Of a stretch of DNA of 64,000 nt, positions 52,769 through 62,318 are shown piece by piece. The number at the start of each line of letters is the position of its first letter. Position 1 is the stretch's first letter. The notes under the pieces are model-generated. The model saw only the letters and a program-made list of their open reading frames with translations. It was not told where the DNA came from and did not search any database. The DNA lies in assembly GCA_947172705.1 (NCBI GenBank), contig CAMWCA010000010.1, positions 353-64,352 of the forward strand. The letters run 5' to 3'. The stretch is from an uncultured Lachnospiraceae bacterium. GTDB lineage: Bacteria > Bacillota > Clostridia > Lachnospirales > Lachnospiraceae. The position numbers and the translations under genes were made by a program.

Positions 52769-52797
52769 ATCATAACGTACGCCTTTACGTACGTCAA
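52769..52797 (-). promoter_or_regulatory. yefM-yoeB promoter with operator palindromes
   Basis: TTGACG-17-TATGAT; CGTACG at 52776-52781 and 52788-52793. Confidence 0.85.
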
Positions 52798-52799
52798 TA

Positions 52800-53183
52800 T
52801 CTTTTATATTATTTGCAAAAAAATCTAAAATACTGCTTAAACCCAAAAGTGCTTCTCTGTCCTCAATTGCAGGTCTTTCGTTCGTGTTATGACTATACAC
52901 GGCATCATGAATATCATAGCAGTTCATATGATGCAAAAGCGTACAAGCTGTACTGTAAGCCTTATCCATATGACCATCACCGCCTCCAACTAATATAACT
53001 GCGCCTTTTTTAGATTTCGCAATCGATTCTTCCTTACTGTATATATTTATATATCTCCTGCATCTCATCATTTATTGCACATCCCTTATTTTCCCAACAA
53101 TATCGACAATCAAGTCAAGGTGAAATATTGCATTTGTTTGCATACATAATCCTGTACTCTCCCGCAATCTTTTCGTTGATTAT
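52800..53183 (-). pseudogene. Flavodoxin/iron-sulfur flavoprotein-family pseudogene
   Basis: IAGEYRIMYANKCNISP*LDCRYCWENKGCAINDEMQEIY with an internal stop, joined out of frame to KKGAVILVGGGDG... Confidence 0.75.
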
Positions 53184-53421
53184 TTGAAAGCATTTCGATC
53201 AGTTTACCAATTCCCGTATATTTTGTGGTATACTTGACATGGCATAAATCTCCTTGCTGCGTTATTGCTGTTCACAATTCAATTATACCATCAAGTGCAG
53301 GTTTGAGCCTTTTTTATGGACTACAGTATTGATTTTTCAAGGTTCAGCACACCAACCAGTATGGGAAGTTTGAGTAAATAAGAATTTATCGGGAATTAGC
53401 AGAGAACGAGAAAAAATTGTA

Positions 53422-53532
53422 ATGATGATTAAAAATCCAGAATTGCTAAAAAAGCGATTGAATGCGAAGGAGGAACAGGCAGAGCAAAGTCTTGTTATAA
53501 AACTTAGTGGCTTAATGTTTCTTTTAGGCTTT
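53422..53532 (+). pseudogene. Internal fragment of an isoprenylcysteine carboxylmethyltransferase-family gene
   Basis: MIKNPELLKKRLNAKEEQAEQSLVIKLSGLMF, with no intact flanking gene. Confidence 0.5.
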
Positions 53533-53831
53533 GATGTTTATTGTGCATGGAATTACGCTGCACAGGTTTAAGCAGACAGATCTATGGAAAAGAAAGCTGT
53601 ATCAGGTATTGGCGGAGCTGTTTATGGCGATTGCATCCATACTGATTTACTGGCTTGTTTTACCGCCGTTGATGGGCGGCAGGGATAAAAAATAGGATTT
53701 ATTATCACGGGAATAAGTGGTATTATTGCTGATAGCAAGTGTTTTATACTGGCATTTCTATCAGTTCTGGGAATGCTGATGGGGAGAGAGATTGTGGAGG
53801 GAGTAAAGTTGGGATTTGGGAGGTGGGACAA

Positions 53832-54221
53832 GTGAAATTCAATTCTTTAATACCGGAGCTGACAGTGGCAGATATAGAACGTACCAGGCAATTCTATGTG
53901 GGCGTTTTGCAATTCAAAATAGAATATGAGCGGAGTGAAGATAAATTTGTTTTTCTTTCGATGGACAATAATCAAATGATGTTTGAGCAGGATAATGGCA
54001 ACTGGAGTGTTGGTATCCTTGAATATCCATACGGGAGAGGTATAAATTTTGAGATGACTGTTTCCGACGTTGAAAATATATATAAACGGGTTTTAGATGC
54101 CGGGATCAAGCCTTTTCGAGAAATGAAGGTCAGCCATTACAGGAATGGTGATGAGGATATTGTTCAAAAAGAGTTTTTAGTACAAGACCCGGACGGATAT
54201 CTTTTACGATTTACGGAGTGA
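53832..54221 (+). CDS. VOC/glyoxalase (bleomycin-resistance-like) protein
   Basis: GTG start after GGAGG; LIPEL.V.D....FY, EFLVQDPDGYLLRF. Confidence 0.9.
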   Translation: MKFNSLIPELTVADIERTRQFYVGVLQFKIEYERSEDKFVFLSMDNNQMMFEQDNGNWSVGILEYPYGRGINFEMTVSDVENIYKRVLDAGIKPFREMKVSHYRNGDEDIVQKEFLVQDPDGYLLRFTE

Positions 54222-54222
54222 T

Positions 54223-54266
54223 AGATTTCAATTTATAGATAAGCCAAATAGAACAATAGGAGTTTA
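54223..54266. repeat. Inter-cassette unit, spacer family 3
   Basis: AGATTTCAATTTAT-agataAGCCAAATAGAAC-AATAGGAGTTT; spacer resembles 55810-55856. Confidence 0.55.
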
Positions 54267-54286
54267 GTAGGGGGAGAATCAGATTG

Positions 54287-54931
54287 ATGAATAAGACTGA
54301 GTATATTGATGAGATTCGGTTAATACAAGATCAAAATAATGTGGAGTTTGAAATATATCCATTAGTTTCCGAAATAATTGCACCAACTTTGGAAGGATTA
54401 TCAAAAAGGTATATATTTGCAAGAAGAAAATCTTCGTTAGGGCAAATATATTATGGTATTAGTACTTTCCCTGATATTGCAATACTTGATCGTGATTTTA
54501 AAAACAGAGAACATAAAGAAATAAATTTTGAAAACTGGAAAAAGCTAAAAGGCTGTGTAGAGGTAAAGGCTTATAATAGAAAATTATATTCTTTGGAAGA
54601 ACTAAAAAATTTTATTAAAGAATCAGAAAAATCATTAGTAAAAGAAGTTGCTCAATTAATTGGAGAAATATTGTGGTATAAAAAAGTTTTATATACAAAC
54701 GGAGTTCAATGGAAACTATTTTTTCTAGAATCTTATTTAGAATTCAATAAAGAAATTATAGGAATTGTACAAGAAAGAATTAAACGGGAAACACCACCTG
54801 ATTGGTGGAAAAATACTGAAATTCTCAATATTATAAATAATAAGATTTTCGAAAAAAATATTACAGATAATTGTATTAATAATTGGGATGAGTTTATTCT
54901 AAATATCAAGAAAATAGATTGGAAAGCATAG
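54287..54931 (+). CDS. PD-(D/E)xK nuclease-like protein (HsdR N-terminal-like)
   Basis: FPDIAIL...VEVK...QL...VLYTNG.QW motif order. Confidence 0.55.
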   Translation: MNKTEYIDEIRLIQDQNNVEFEIYPLVSEIIAPTLEGLSKRYIFARRKSSLGQIYYGISTFPDIAILDRDFKNREHKEINFENWKKLKGCVEVKAYNRKLYSLEELKNFIKESEKSLVKEVAQLIGEILWYKKVLYTNGVQWKLFFLESYLEFNKEIIGIVQERIKRETPPDWWKNTEILNIINNKIFEKNITDNCINNWDEFILNIKKIDWKA

Positions 54932-54934
54932 CAC

Positions 54935-54982
54935 GGGTTCTAGTTTGTCAGAATGTTATCGGGAAAAACAAATCGGAATTTG
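54935..54982. repeat. Inter-cassette unit, spacer family 1
   Basis: GGGTTCTAGTTTGTCAGAATGTTATCGGGAAAAACAAATCGGAATTTG; 35/48 identical to 58124-58171. Confidence 0.85.
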
Positions 54983-54996
54983 AACAGGAGAAGCAT

Positions 54997-55344
54997 ATGA
55001 TACAAAAAGTAAATTTGAAAGAGAATGTAAATTCGATTGATGGTCTGTTCCTCTATAAGAGGGTGGGTACATTGAATAACCATATGTTAAATGTATTGCA
55101 AGCGGAACATAGAACTTTAGATTTCCATATACACGAAAATTCTGATGAACTTTTCTACTGTATTGAGGGAGAATTTGATATTGAATTTGAGGACGGATTG
55201 ACACATTTATGTGAGGGGGATTTTATAATAATTCCCAAAGGAACGAAACATCGTCCAATATGCAATACATTAGTTAAATGTCTTTTGATTGAAGTTGAGG
55301 GAACTCTCAATCGAGAAAATACTGGCGGAACATATACGGAGTAG
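54997..55344 (+). CDS. Cupin-domain protein
   Basis: FHIHENSDELF...EG, IIPKG..HRP. Confidence 0.9.
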   Translation: MIQKVNLKENVNSIDGLFLYKRVGTLNNHMLNVLQAEHRTLDFHIHENSDELFYCIEGEFDIEFEDGLTHLCEGDFIIIPKGTKHRPICNTLVKCLLIEVEGTLNRENTGGTYTE

Positions 55345-55361
55345 CCGAATATTACATTGTC

Positions 55362-55373
55362 AAATTCCAGTTT
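55362..55373. repeat. Single inter-cassette core
   Basis: AAATTCCAGTTT two bases before the RBS GGAGG. Confidence 0.7.
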
Positions 55374-55385
55374 ATGGAGGTATTT

Positions 55386-55796
55386 ATGTACGAGAGAATG
55401 CTCAATAAACAAGAAACACCCAACATAGAAAAAATGACAAAATTTTGTGGTGAAAATGCAGAAAGATTTTCTTTTCTTAATGAATGGTTAGTATCTGCCT
55501 TTCATACAGAAAAAAAAGTTGTTTTTCCCTACGGAAATAAATATGGCTGGGGAATAGGACATTACAAAAATAAAAAGCTTATTTGCAATATCTTTGCTGA
55601 AAATGGTGCATTTACAGTTATGATGAGGCTAACGAATGCGCAATATGAAACTATTTATAATGAGATGACAAAGTACACGCAAGAGTTTATTGATAATAAG
55701 TATACTTGTGGCAATGCTGGCTGGATACATTATCGAGTTATATGTCAAGAACACTATGAGGATATAAAGAAACTATTAGAAGTTAAATGTTTGTGA
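55386..55796 (+). CDS. DUF3788-like protein
   Basis: FPYGNKYGW, F.ENGAFTV, GWI, DIKKLL.VK. Confidence 0.75.
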   Translation: MYERMLNKQETPNIEKMTKFCGENAERFSFLNEWLVSAFHTEKKVVFPYGNKYGWGIGHYKNKKLICNIFAENGAFTVMMRLTNAQYETIYNEMTKYTQEFIDNKYTCGNAGWIHYRVICQEHYEDIKKLLEVKCL

Positions 55797-55809
55797 TGAT
55801 GAATTCTAC

Positions 55810-55856
55810 AAATTCTTGTTTATCGAGGAGCTAAATAGAGCGGAAAATCAGGATTT
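55810..55856. repeat. Inter-cassette unit, spacer family 3
   Basis: AAATTCTTGTTTATC-gaggAGCTAAATAGAGCgga-AAATCAGGATTT. Confidence 0.7.
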
Positions 55857-55875
55857 TTTCGTTAGCTTATAAAGG

Positions 55876-56799
55876 ATGGAGCACAAATGCCTTATGGATT
55901 GTAAAGAAGCAATTACGATATTCGAAAACAATACAAAAAAGAGTGTTGTTCAAATAGAGCGATGCAGCGTTGGTATTGCAAATTATGTATTTGCTGTTTC
56001 CACTGCTACTGAAAAGTTTATTCTCAGGTGCAGTAAAGAAGAGGATGCCTATAAAGCTACTGTTTATTGGCTGAGCAAGTTATCTGTATGTGAAATTCCG
56101 ATACCGATTGTGCTAGCGAATGGAACCTATAGCGACTATTCATATTTGATTCTTTCATATATTCCAGGAGACGATATTGGAAATGTCTATGATGAATTAA
56201 ATGACAGTGAGAAAAAACAAATTGCCAAAGAGATCGTTGAGATACAGCAAAGAGTATCAAGGATTGATACATCAGCAGATACGCAGTGGTCATGGAACAA
56301 CTTTATTGATGAATTGTTGAATCGTGCAGATGAGCGAATAAAAAGAATGCATTACTTTGACACTGGCAAAATACGTATTGTAAAAAAATTACAGCAAGAA
56401 ATAAAGGAATATTTGAATGCAGTTCGACCAATACCATATTTGGATGATATTAGCACGAAAAATCTATTGATTTATGAGGGGAAAGTATCTGGGATAATAG
56501 ATATTGATTGGATAGGTTTGGGTGATATGCTTACCTTTGTTGCACTGACGAAGGTTGCATTGCTCAATATGGATCTGGATACCAGGTATATTGATTACCT
56601 GCTAAATGAAATTCATCCAAGCGCGATAGAGTATAAAGCGTTTGTATTCTATTGCCTGCTTTACTGTGTTGACTTCATGGGGGAAAGAGGTATGCAATTT
56701 CTTGATAAAAAAATTCCAGTAAACGAGAGTATCATTAAGAGGTTAAATGATATATTTGACATTCTTATGGAAGAATGGAACAAATGCAGTGAACGGTAA
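55876..56799 (+). CDS. Aminoglycoside phosphotransferase-family kinase
   Basis: G.AN.V, ILR, P.P.VL, DIS.KN, GIIDID; TAA stop overlaps core AAATTATCATTT. Confidence 0.8.
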   Translation: MEHKCLMDCKEAITIFENNTKKSVVQIERCSVGIANYVFAVSTATEKFILRCSKEEDAYKATVYWLSKLSVCEIPIPIVLANGTYSDYSYLILSYIPGDDIGNVYDELNDSEKKQIAKEIVEIQQRVSRIDTSADTQWSWNNFIDELLNRADERIKRMHYFDTGKIRIVKKLQQEIKEYLNAVRPIPYLDDISTKNLLIYEGKVSGIIDIDWIGLGDMLTFVALTKVALLNMDLDTRYIDYLLNEIHPSAIEYKAFVFYCLLYCVDFMGERGMQFLDKKIPVNESIIKRLNDIFDILMEEWNKCSER

Positions 56800-56903
56800 A
56801 TTATCATTTATCGGCTGAGAAGTAAATATTTTTGAGCAGATTTTGTAGTATAATAATTAGAAAATAATAGCAATTCAATTATATTTAGGAAGGAGATGGC
56901 AAG

Positions 56904-57206
56904 ATGAATAGTCATGTATTTACACTAAACGATATTGCAAATTTGGTAAAGCCGATTGCCAGAAAATATGGAGTAAAAGAGATATATCTGTTTGGGTCTT
57001 ATGCAAGAGGAGAGGCTGACAAAAACAGTGATTTGGATTTTCTGGTGTTTGGCGGGGAGAACTTTAAGCTTACAATGATTTTTGCGCTCGCTGAAGAATT
57101 GCGGGAGGTACTGAAAAAAGATGTGGATGTTTTTGAAATTAGCGAGATTAATAAAGACAGTGATTTTTATAATACAATTATGAAAGAGAGGATGCTTGTA
57201 GCATGA
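56904..57206 (+). CDS. MNT (minimal nucleotidyltransferase) antitoxin
   Basis: LFGSYARGEA...SDLD. Confidence 0.92.
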   Translation: MNSHVFTLNDIANLVKPIARKYGVKEIYLFGSYARGEADKNSDLDFLVFGGENFKLTMIFALAEELREVLKKDVDVFEISEINKDSDFYNTIMKERMLVA

Positions 57207-57547
57207 AACATTCCGATCAACAACGCGTTCAGAAAATATATGAAAAAGCAGTGGAACTAAATGAATATATTGTAAGGCATCAAGTCAAAAAAGAAGATTT
57301 ATTGACAGAAAAACCATTGCAATGGCTTGTTACCACACCATTGTACAATATTGGAGAAAATGTTTATCATCTGTCCAATGAATACAAAAGTGCGCATAAC
57401 GAGGTTCAGTGGGCGATGATAGCCGGACTTAGACATCGCTTAGTTCATGATTATGATGGCACGAATTGGAACATTATTGCTGATGTTGTTCTTGAAGAAC
57501 TGCCTGTTTTGATAGAACAATTAAAAAAAATGGTGGGAAATAAATAA
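57203..57547 (+). CDS. HepT/DUF86 HEPN RNase toxin
   Basis: IGE, W..IAGLRHRLVHDY (RX4H); 4-bp overlap with the MNT gene. Confidence 0.92.
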   Translation: MKHSDQQRVQKIYEKAVELNEYIVRHQVKKEDLLTEKPLQWLVTTPLYNIGENVYHLSNEYKSAHNEVQWAMIAGLRHRLVHDYDGTNWNIIADVVLEELPVLIEQLKKMVGNK

Positions 57548-57569
57548 TTCAGAGGAGACAAAAGGAGAA

Positions 57570-57713
57570 GTGCAAAGAGCATATGAAATCATGAAAGAAA
57601 GAAGTAAAACAATATATCAATTGGAAGCAACGCCCTACAGTTCCTGCCGCGTTGTTTTTATTGATAAATTTGGAATTCGTTGGGGAATTATGACAGAGCA
57701 AACAGAGCGATGA
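57570..57713 (+). pseudogene. C-terminal fragment of a PhnB/VOC-family gene
   Basis: AYE.M......L..TPYS......DKFGIRW; N-terminal half missing. Confidence 0.65.
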
Positions 57714-57760
57714 GCTTTCGCTTGTCGAAAAGTAGAACAAAGAGAGAAATCGGGGGTTTG
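57712..57760. repeat. Inter-cassette unit, spacer family 2
   Basis: Shares exact CAAAGAGAGAAATCGGG and a similar TTG(T/C)CGAAA with 61057-61101. Confidence 0.85.
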
Positions 57761-57770
57761 GGAGGGCGTT

Positions 57771-58118
57771 ATGTTTAATGAAATATGTATATATGAAGCG
57801 AAATTAACTAAGCTCGATGAAATTGAAGAGTTAATGAAAGAAGTAGCTGAATTTTATTTGGAGCAAGATGGCGTTATTGATGTACATTACATAAAACGAA
57901 CTCATAGGCAAAAAGATTTTAATGCGGTTAAAGAAGGAGAGTTACCTATCCGTCTTACAAGAAATGTAGGCAAAGTGACATATGTTTTATATTGGGTACT
58001 GGAAAACGAAGAAGCTCATGCAAGAGTATCTAAACTTGGTGTGGAGAAATTTTATAAACGCTGGAATCGATGCTTAACCGCAATGCCTAAAATAATTCTT
58101 GGTGAAAATGTTATCTAA
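57771..58118 (+). CDS. Hypothetical protein (possible dimeric alpha-beta barrel)
   Basis: 115-aa ORF with GGAGG RBS, bounded on both sides by repeat units. Confidence 0.7.
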   Translation: MFNEICIYEAKLTKLDEIEELMKEVAEFYLEQDGVIDVHYIKRTHRQKDFNAVKEGELPIRLTRNVGKVTYVLYWVLENEEAHARVSKLGVEKFYKRWNRCLTAMPKIILGENVI

Positions 58119-58123
58119 CTTGC

Positions 58124-58171
58124 AACTTCCCATTTGCCAGAATGCTATTGAGAAAAACAAACCGAAGTTTG
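58124..58171. repeat. Inter-cassette unit, spacer family 1
   Basis: AACTTCCCATTTGCCAGAATGCTATTGAGAAAAACAAACCGAAGTTTG. Confidence 0.85.
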
Positions 58172-58184
58172 AGGAGATGATGGA

Positions 58185-58790
58185 TTGAGTGAAGCGGAAC
58201 TTTATAAAGAACTTGGAATATTGACAAATGACAGGAGTAAATGGAAAGAGAGTATTCCGTATGTTTCGTCTTTTCTTACCCATGAATCCGTGAAAATACA
58301 GGCAAAGGCACTTTGGCTGCTGGGTGAGATTGGTCTTAAGTATCCTCTGTTAGTGCAAGAAGCAGTTCCTGTAATAGCTTCTTTCTGTGATAGCCCAATA
58401 CCGCTTTTGCGAGAGCGTGCGGTTAACTCCCTTGGCAGAATCGGACGAGGCAACTATCATATAATTGAACCGTATTGGACAGATCTGTTCTGCTTTGCAT
58501 CTGATGAGGAGGCAAAGGTCAGGCTGAGCTTTATCTGGGCTTCAGAAAATATCGCCACGAACGCTCCCGACATTTATGAGAATTATATGTCGATATTTGA
58601 GAGACTTCTATACGATGCGGATGATAAGGTAAGGATGGAAGCACCGGAAATTTTCCGTGTTCTCGGTAAACGCAGACCGGAGTTTGTCAGACCTTTTGTG
58701 AAACAGCTGCAACAAATATCAGAAACTGACAATAATCGTGTCGTAAGAATCCATAGTTTGGGTGCGATTAAGGCAATAGCATCAAAGTAG
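58185..58790 (+). CDS. HEAT-repeat protein
   Basis: Repeated L.D...VR..A...LG.IG units. Confidence 0.85.
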   Translation: MSEAELYKELGILTNDRSKWKESIPYVSSFLTHESVKIQAKALWLLGEIGLKYPLLVQEAVPVIASFCDSPIPLLRERAVNSLGRIGRGNYHIIEPYWTDLFCFASDEEAKVRLSFIWASENIATNAPDIYENYMSIFERLLYDADDKVRMEAPEIFRVLGKRRPEFVRPFVKQLQQISETDNNRVVRIHSLGAIKAIASK

Positions 58791-58954
58791 ACAATCGGTA
58801 TCTGTAAGAGTAATGGGGAAGCATATATGGTTAGACAAGCTAATAAACAAGACGTTCCAAGGATAGCCGAGTGATGATGGATTTGCTAATAGTGGAAAAA
58901 TCTGCATAATAGAAGATACTACAAAAGGGGATTGTTACTAGGAGAAAATAAAAA

Positions 58955-59725
58955 ATGAACAGAGATGAAATAATAAAAACAAATAGGCATTACTGGGATA
59001 CTTACGCAGATTTATGGTTTGGAACTACGGCGCTCCCTACATACGGAGTACATTTTGTAACCGAGAACGAGTTACACCTGTTCGGTGATGTTTCAGGCAG
59101 AAAAATGCTTGAAATTTGCTGTGGCAGCGGTCATTCCCTGAAGTATCATGCGGACAGAAATGCCGGCGAATTATGGGGCGTAGATCTTTCTCATAAACAG
59201 CTTGAAAATGCAAAACAGTATTTGAGCGAGAACGGTTATACCGCAAATCTTATCTGCTCTCCCATGGAAGCGGATATGGATATTCCGAAAGATTATTTTG
59301 ATTTTGTATATTCTATCTATGGTATCGGATGGACGACAGACCTGGATGGTACTTTTCAGAAGATCGCCTCATACCTGAAAAAAGACGGCATCTTCATTTT
59401 CAGCTGGCATCATCCGCTCCATTACTGTATCGCATGGTCTTGTGATGAACGAAAAGACGTGATTGAAAATAACGCCCTGGTGATGAATAAAAGCTATTTT
59501 GACGAGTCCTATTTCAGAATGCCGGTGGACGGTAGTGAGATCCTGCTGTGTAACCGAAAAATATCCACCTATGTCAATGCTTTGGCAAAGGCTGGATTTG
59601 TAATCGAGCAAATGATTGAGCAGACCGATGAGGCGACAATGCAGGCAGAAGGAGATATCAGCGACAAAGCAAAAAAAGCAAAAATGCTGCCCATTTCAGT
59701 TCTATTTAAGGCAAGGAAGTTATAA
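58955..59725 (+). CDS. Class I SAM-dependent methyltransferase
   Basis: LEICCGSG, GVDLS, FDFVYS, LK.DG.FIFS. Confidence 0.92.
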   Translation: MNRDEIIKTNRHYWDTYADLWFGTTALPTYGVHFVTENELHLFGDVSGRKMLEICCGSGHSLKYHADRNAGELWGVDLSHKQLENAKQYLSENGYTANLICSPMEADMDIPKDYFDFVYSIYGIGWTTDLDGTFQKIASYLKKDGIFIFSWHHPLHYCIAWSCDERKDVIENNALVMNKSYFDESYFRMPVDGSEILLCNRKISTYVNALAKAGFVIEQMIEQTDEATMQAEGDISDKAKKAKMLPISVLFKARKL

Positions 59726-59890
59726 AGGAGAATCCAGGATTCGCAGACTTGGTTCAGGGCGGTGCAACAGGATTTTGACGTAATTTATTTGTACTGTAGA
59801 GTAAAGTTGCTGGAAAAGCATTGAAAGATACTGTATATTGAGTATGCTTCTTATCGAGGTAAAAGCAAACTGAAATTTGGAGGTAATGTT

Positions 59891-60655
59891 ATGAACAGGA
59901 GAAAATTAATTTATATAGCGGTTTTGACTTTGGTAATTGCGTTTATGGATATAACGGGTATTCCAAGTGTATTTTTTGTTAATATTCAAATTGCAGACAT
60001 AGAGCCCATCTATTTTACTCTGATGATAAATTTCCTGATTATAGGAGCGATTGCCTTTTTATTTTTAAGAATGCTATGCCCCGAATGGGAGTTGGGGCTC
60101 AGTGGAAAAGGCTTGATAGATGGGCTCAAAAAATACGGAATCATTGGAGTGGTGGTCGCAATAGCAGGCTTTATTGCTTTTTATGTGGGCTTGTCGCCTT
60201 TTGACCGCCAGCCGTCTATTGAAAAAGTGTTTATTGAAGGCATCGTATACTATGTTGGCGTTGCAATAATCGAAGAATTATATGTGCGTGGTCTGTTGCT
60301 TAATCTTATTGAAAAGATGTTTGTAAAAAGCAAAAACAGCACTTTGATTGCGGTTGTATTATCAGCCGTAATCTTTGGAGCCGGACATATATTCGGTGTG
60401 CTGAACCAGCCATTACTTGTGATAGTGAGCAAGGTTATCTGGACTGTAGGCATGGGTATATTCTTTGGAATGGTATATAAGAAAACAGGTAACCTGTGGC
60501 TGCCGATCATGATTCATTTCCTGATTAATGTCTGCGCTTTGCCCTATTGCTTTTCAAGTATAAACGGATATGCTGATTTAACACTATACATTATTATACC
60601 CGTGTATATAATCCTGGGGATATACAGTTTTATGGAATTAAAAAAAGAAGCGTGA
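59891..60655 (+). CDS. CPBP (Abi/CAAX) intramembrane metalloprotease
   Basis: EELYVRG, FGAGH, H..IN motifs; preceded by core AAACTGAAATTT (59867-59878). Confidence 0.92.
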   Translation: MNRRKLIYIAVLTLVIAFMDITGIPSVFFVNIQIADIEPIYFTLMINFLIIGAIAFLFLRMLCPEWELGLSGKGLIDGLKKYGIIGVVVAIAGFIAFYVGLSPFDRQPSIEKVFIEGIVYYVGVAIIEELYVRGLLLNLIEKMFVKSKNSTLIAVVLSAVIFGAGHIFGVLNQPLLVIVSKVIWTVGMGIFFGMVYKKTGNLWLPIMIHFLINVCALPYCFSSINGYADLTLYIIIPVYIILGIYSFMELKKEA

Positions 60656-60677
60656 AGCAGGGATTAGGAGCATTAAC

Positions 60678-61055
60678 ATGAATCGTGCAGAATTAGAACA
60701 ATTTATTCAGGACAATTACAGTGTAAAGCCAGATTATCCATGGATAAAATATCCTAATTACGTGGTGTTTCGGCATAGCAGCAATAAAAAATGGTTTTCG
60801 CTTATCATGGATATTCCGAAAAATAAACTTGGGCTGCAGGGAGCAGATATTTTGGAAGTGGTAAACCTCAAATGTGATCCGGCATTGATTGGCTCTTTAC
60901 TTGGTGAAGTTGGATTTTTCCCTGCTTATCACATGAATAAGGCAAGCTGGATTACGGTTGCCCTTGATGGCAGCGTATCAGATGAAAAAATAAAAATGCT
61001 CCTGGATATGAGTTATGAAGCAACGGCGCAAAAAATTCGTAAAAAAATAAATTGA
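60678..61055 (+). CDS. MmcQ/YjbR family protein
   Basis: VFRH..N.KWF, NLKCDP, PAYHMNK..WI. Confidence 0.92.
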   Translation: MNRAELEQFIQDNYSVKPDYPWIKYPNYVVFRHSSNKKWFSLIMDIPKNKLGLQGADILEVVNLKCDPALIGSLLGEVGFFPAYHMNKASWITVALDGSVSDEKIKMLLDMSYEATAQKIRKKIN

Positions 61056-61056
61056 C

Positions 61057-61101
61057 TACTTCCGTTGCCGAAAGGTTGAGCAAAGAGAGAAATCGGGATT
61101 A
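61057..61101. repeat. Inter-cassette unit, spacer family 2
   Basis: TACTTCCGTTGCCGAAAGGTTGAGCAAAGAGAGAAATCGGGATTA. Confidence 0.85.
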
Positions 61102-61125
61102 AACATGCAGAGGAGGATAATAAAA

Positions 61126-61638
61126 ATGGTTTTATTGGTTGATACAACAACAAAACACATAGGTAAAGCAATAGCAGAGGAATTGCTTCGCAGTGGTGAA
61201 AATGCACCCGGATTTGAGTTGATTGACACCACTGGGATGCACATTTCGCACTGCGTCGGATGTAATTACTGCTGGCTGAAAACGCCGGGAGTATGTGCGA
61301 TTCAGGATGATTATGAGCCAATTTTGAGAAAAATGAGCAAAGCTGACCAGGTTTGGCTGGTTTCGGATACCCACTTTGGGTTTGTTTCCTGGCAGACCAA
61401 AAACATTGTAGACAGAATTATGCCCCTTGTCACCATGTATCTGAAATTTAAGGACGGGCAGATGCGTCATGTAATGCGCTATGACCATCAGCCGGATATT
61501 GGGGTTATTTATACCGGAGACGGCGATCAGGGTTACCTTGAACGGTGGTGTCAGCGTACTGCGCTGAATTTAGGGAGCCGTTCACTGGGAGTCTATTCTG
61601 AAAGCAATGGAAAGGAGGCGGTTTCATGCATGTTGTAA
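61126..61638 (+). CDS. Flavodoxin/iron-sulfur flavoprotein-like protein
   Basis: CVGCNYCWLKTPGVC...DD, K...DR. Confidence 0.85.
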   Translation: MVLLVDTTTKHIGKAIAEELLRSGENAPGFELIDTTGMHISHCVGCNYCWLKTPGVCAIQDDYEPILRKMSKADQVWLVSDTHFGFVSWQTKNIVDRIMPLVTMYLKFKDGQMRHVMRYDHQPDIGVIYTGDGDQGYLERWCQRTALNLGSRSLGVYSESNGKEAVSCML

Positions 61639-62294
61639 TTATCAATGGAAGTCCACGGGTACAGAAATACAGCAACACGGAGAGAATCATTGCCGCTTTT
61701 GCAAAGGGATTGTCAGAAAAGAAAACCACCTTTGAAACATATGCCATTTCTAGCCGAAAAACATGGGACATGATCCGTGACGCTTATATAAAAAACAATG
61801 AAATCCTCATTGCGCTGCCATTATATGTAGAATGCGTACCTGGGCTTCTTCTGGAATTTTTGCAAACTCTTCCAAAAAAGGATGAGCATACAAGGCTTTC
61901 ATTTCTTTTGCAAAGCGGCTTTGCTGAAGGATGCCAGCTTCGTTGCGGTGAGGCGTTTCTGGAAAAATTGCCGGAATATTTGGGCGTTCGTTATGGCGGC
62001 TGTCTGGTAAAAGGAGACAATTTCGGAATCCGGATTTTGGATGAAGAGAAGCAGGTTCAGGTCACAAAACCGTATCAGGCGATGGGCAAACTGTTTGCGG
62101 AGGGAGACGGTTTCTTCCGTGAGGAAGCAAAAAAATTTACCGGTCCGGAATATTTTCCACTTCCTGTGCGCCTGATGATGGGATTGGTATTTAAAACTCT
62201 TGCGAAAAAGATGTTTCAGAAGGCGGCGGCATCGTGGGGATGCAGCGTGCCACTTGATGAAAAAGTCTGGGAAACAGATCGTAAGGGATATTAA
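61626..62294 (+). CDS. NAD(P)H-dependent flavin oxidoreductase (flavodoxin fold)
   Basis: IINGSPR...SNT, PLYV..VP, SGF.E. Confidence 0.85.
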   Translation: MHVVIINGSPRVQKYSNTERIIAAFAKGLSEKKTTFETYAISSRKTWDMIRDAYIKNNEILIALPLYVECVPGLLLEFLQTLPKKDEHTRLSFLLQSGFAEGCQLRCGEAFLEKLPEYLGVRYGGCLVKGDNFGIRILDEEKQVQVTKPYQAMGKLFAEGDGFFREEAKKFTGPEYFPLPVRLMMGLVFKTLAKKMFQKAAASWGCSVPLDEKVWETDRKGY

Positions 62295-62318
62295 TTTTGA
62301 AAATAGGGTCTGAGAAAA

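Noticed and set aside
53199..53245. Minus-strand RBS and MSSIPQNIRELVN*, possible nucleotidyltransferase start
   Set aside because: Too short to assign.
53739..53831. Upstream extensions of array ORFs (53739, also 54919 and 62297)
   Set aside because: They read through repeat units; RBS-supported starts lie downstream.
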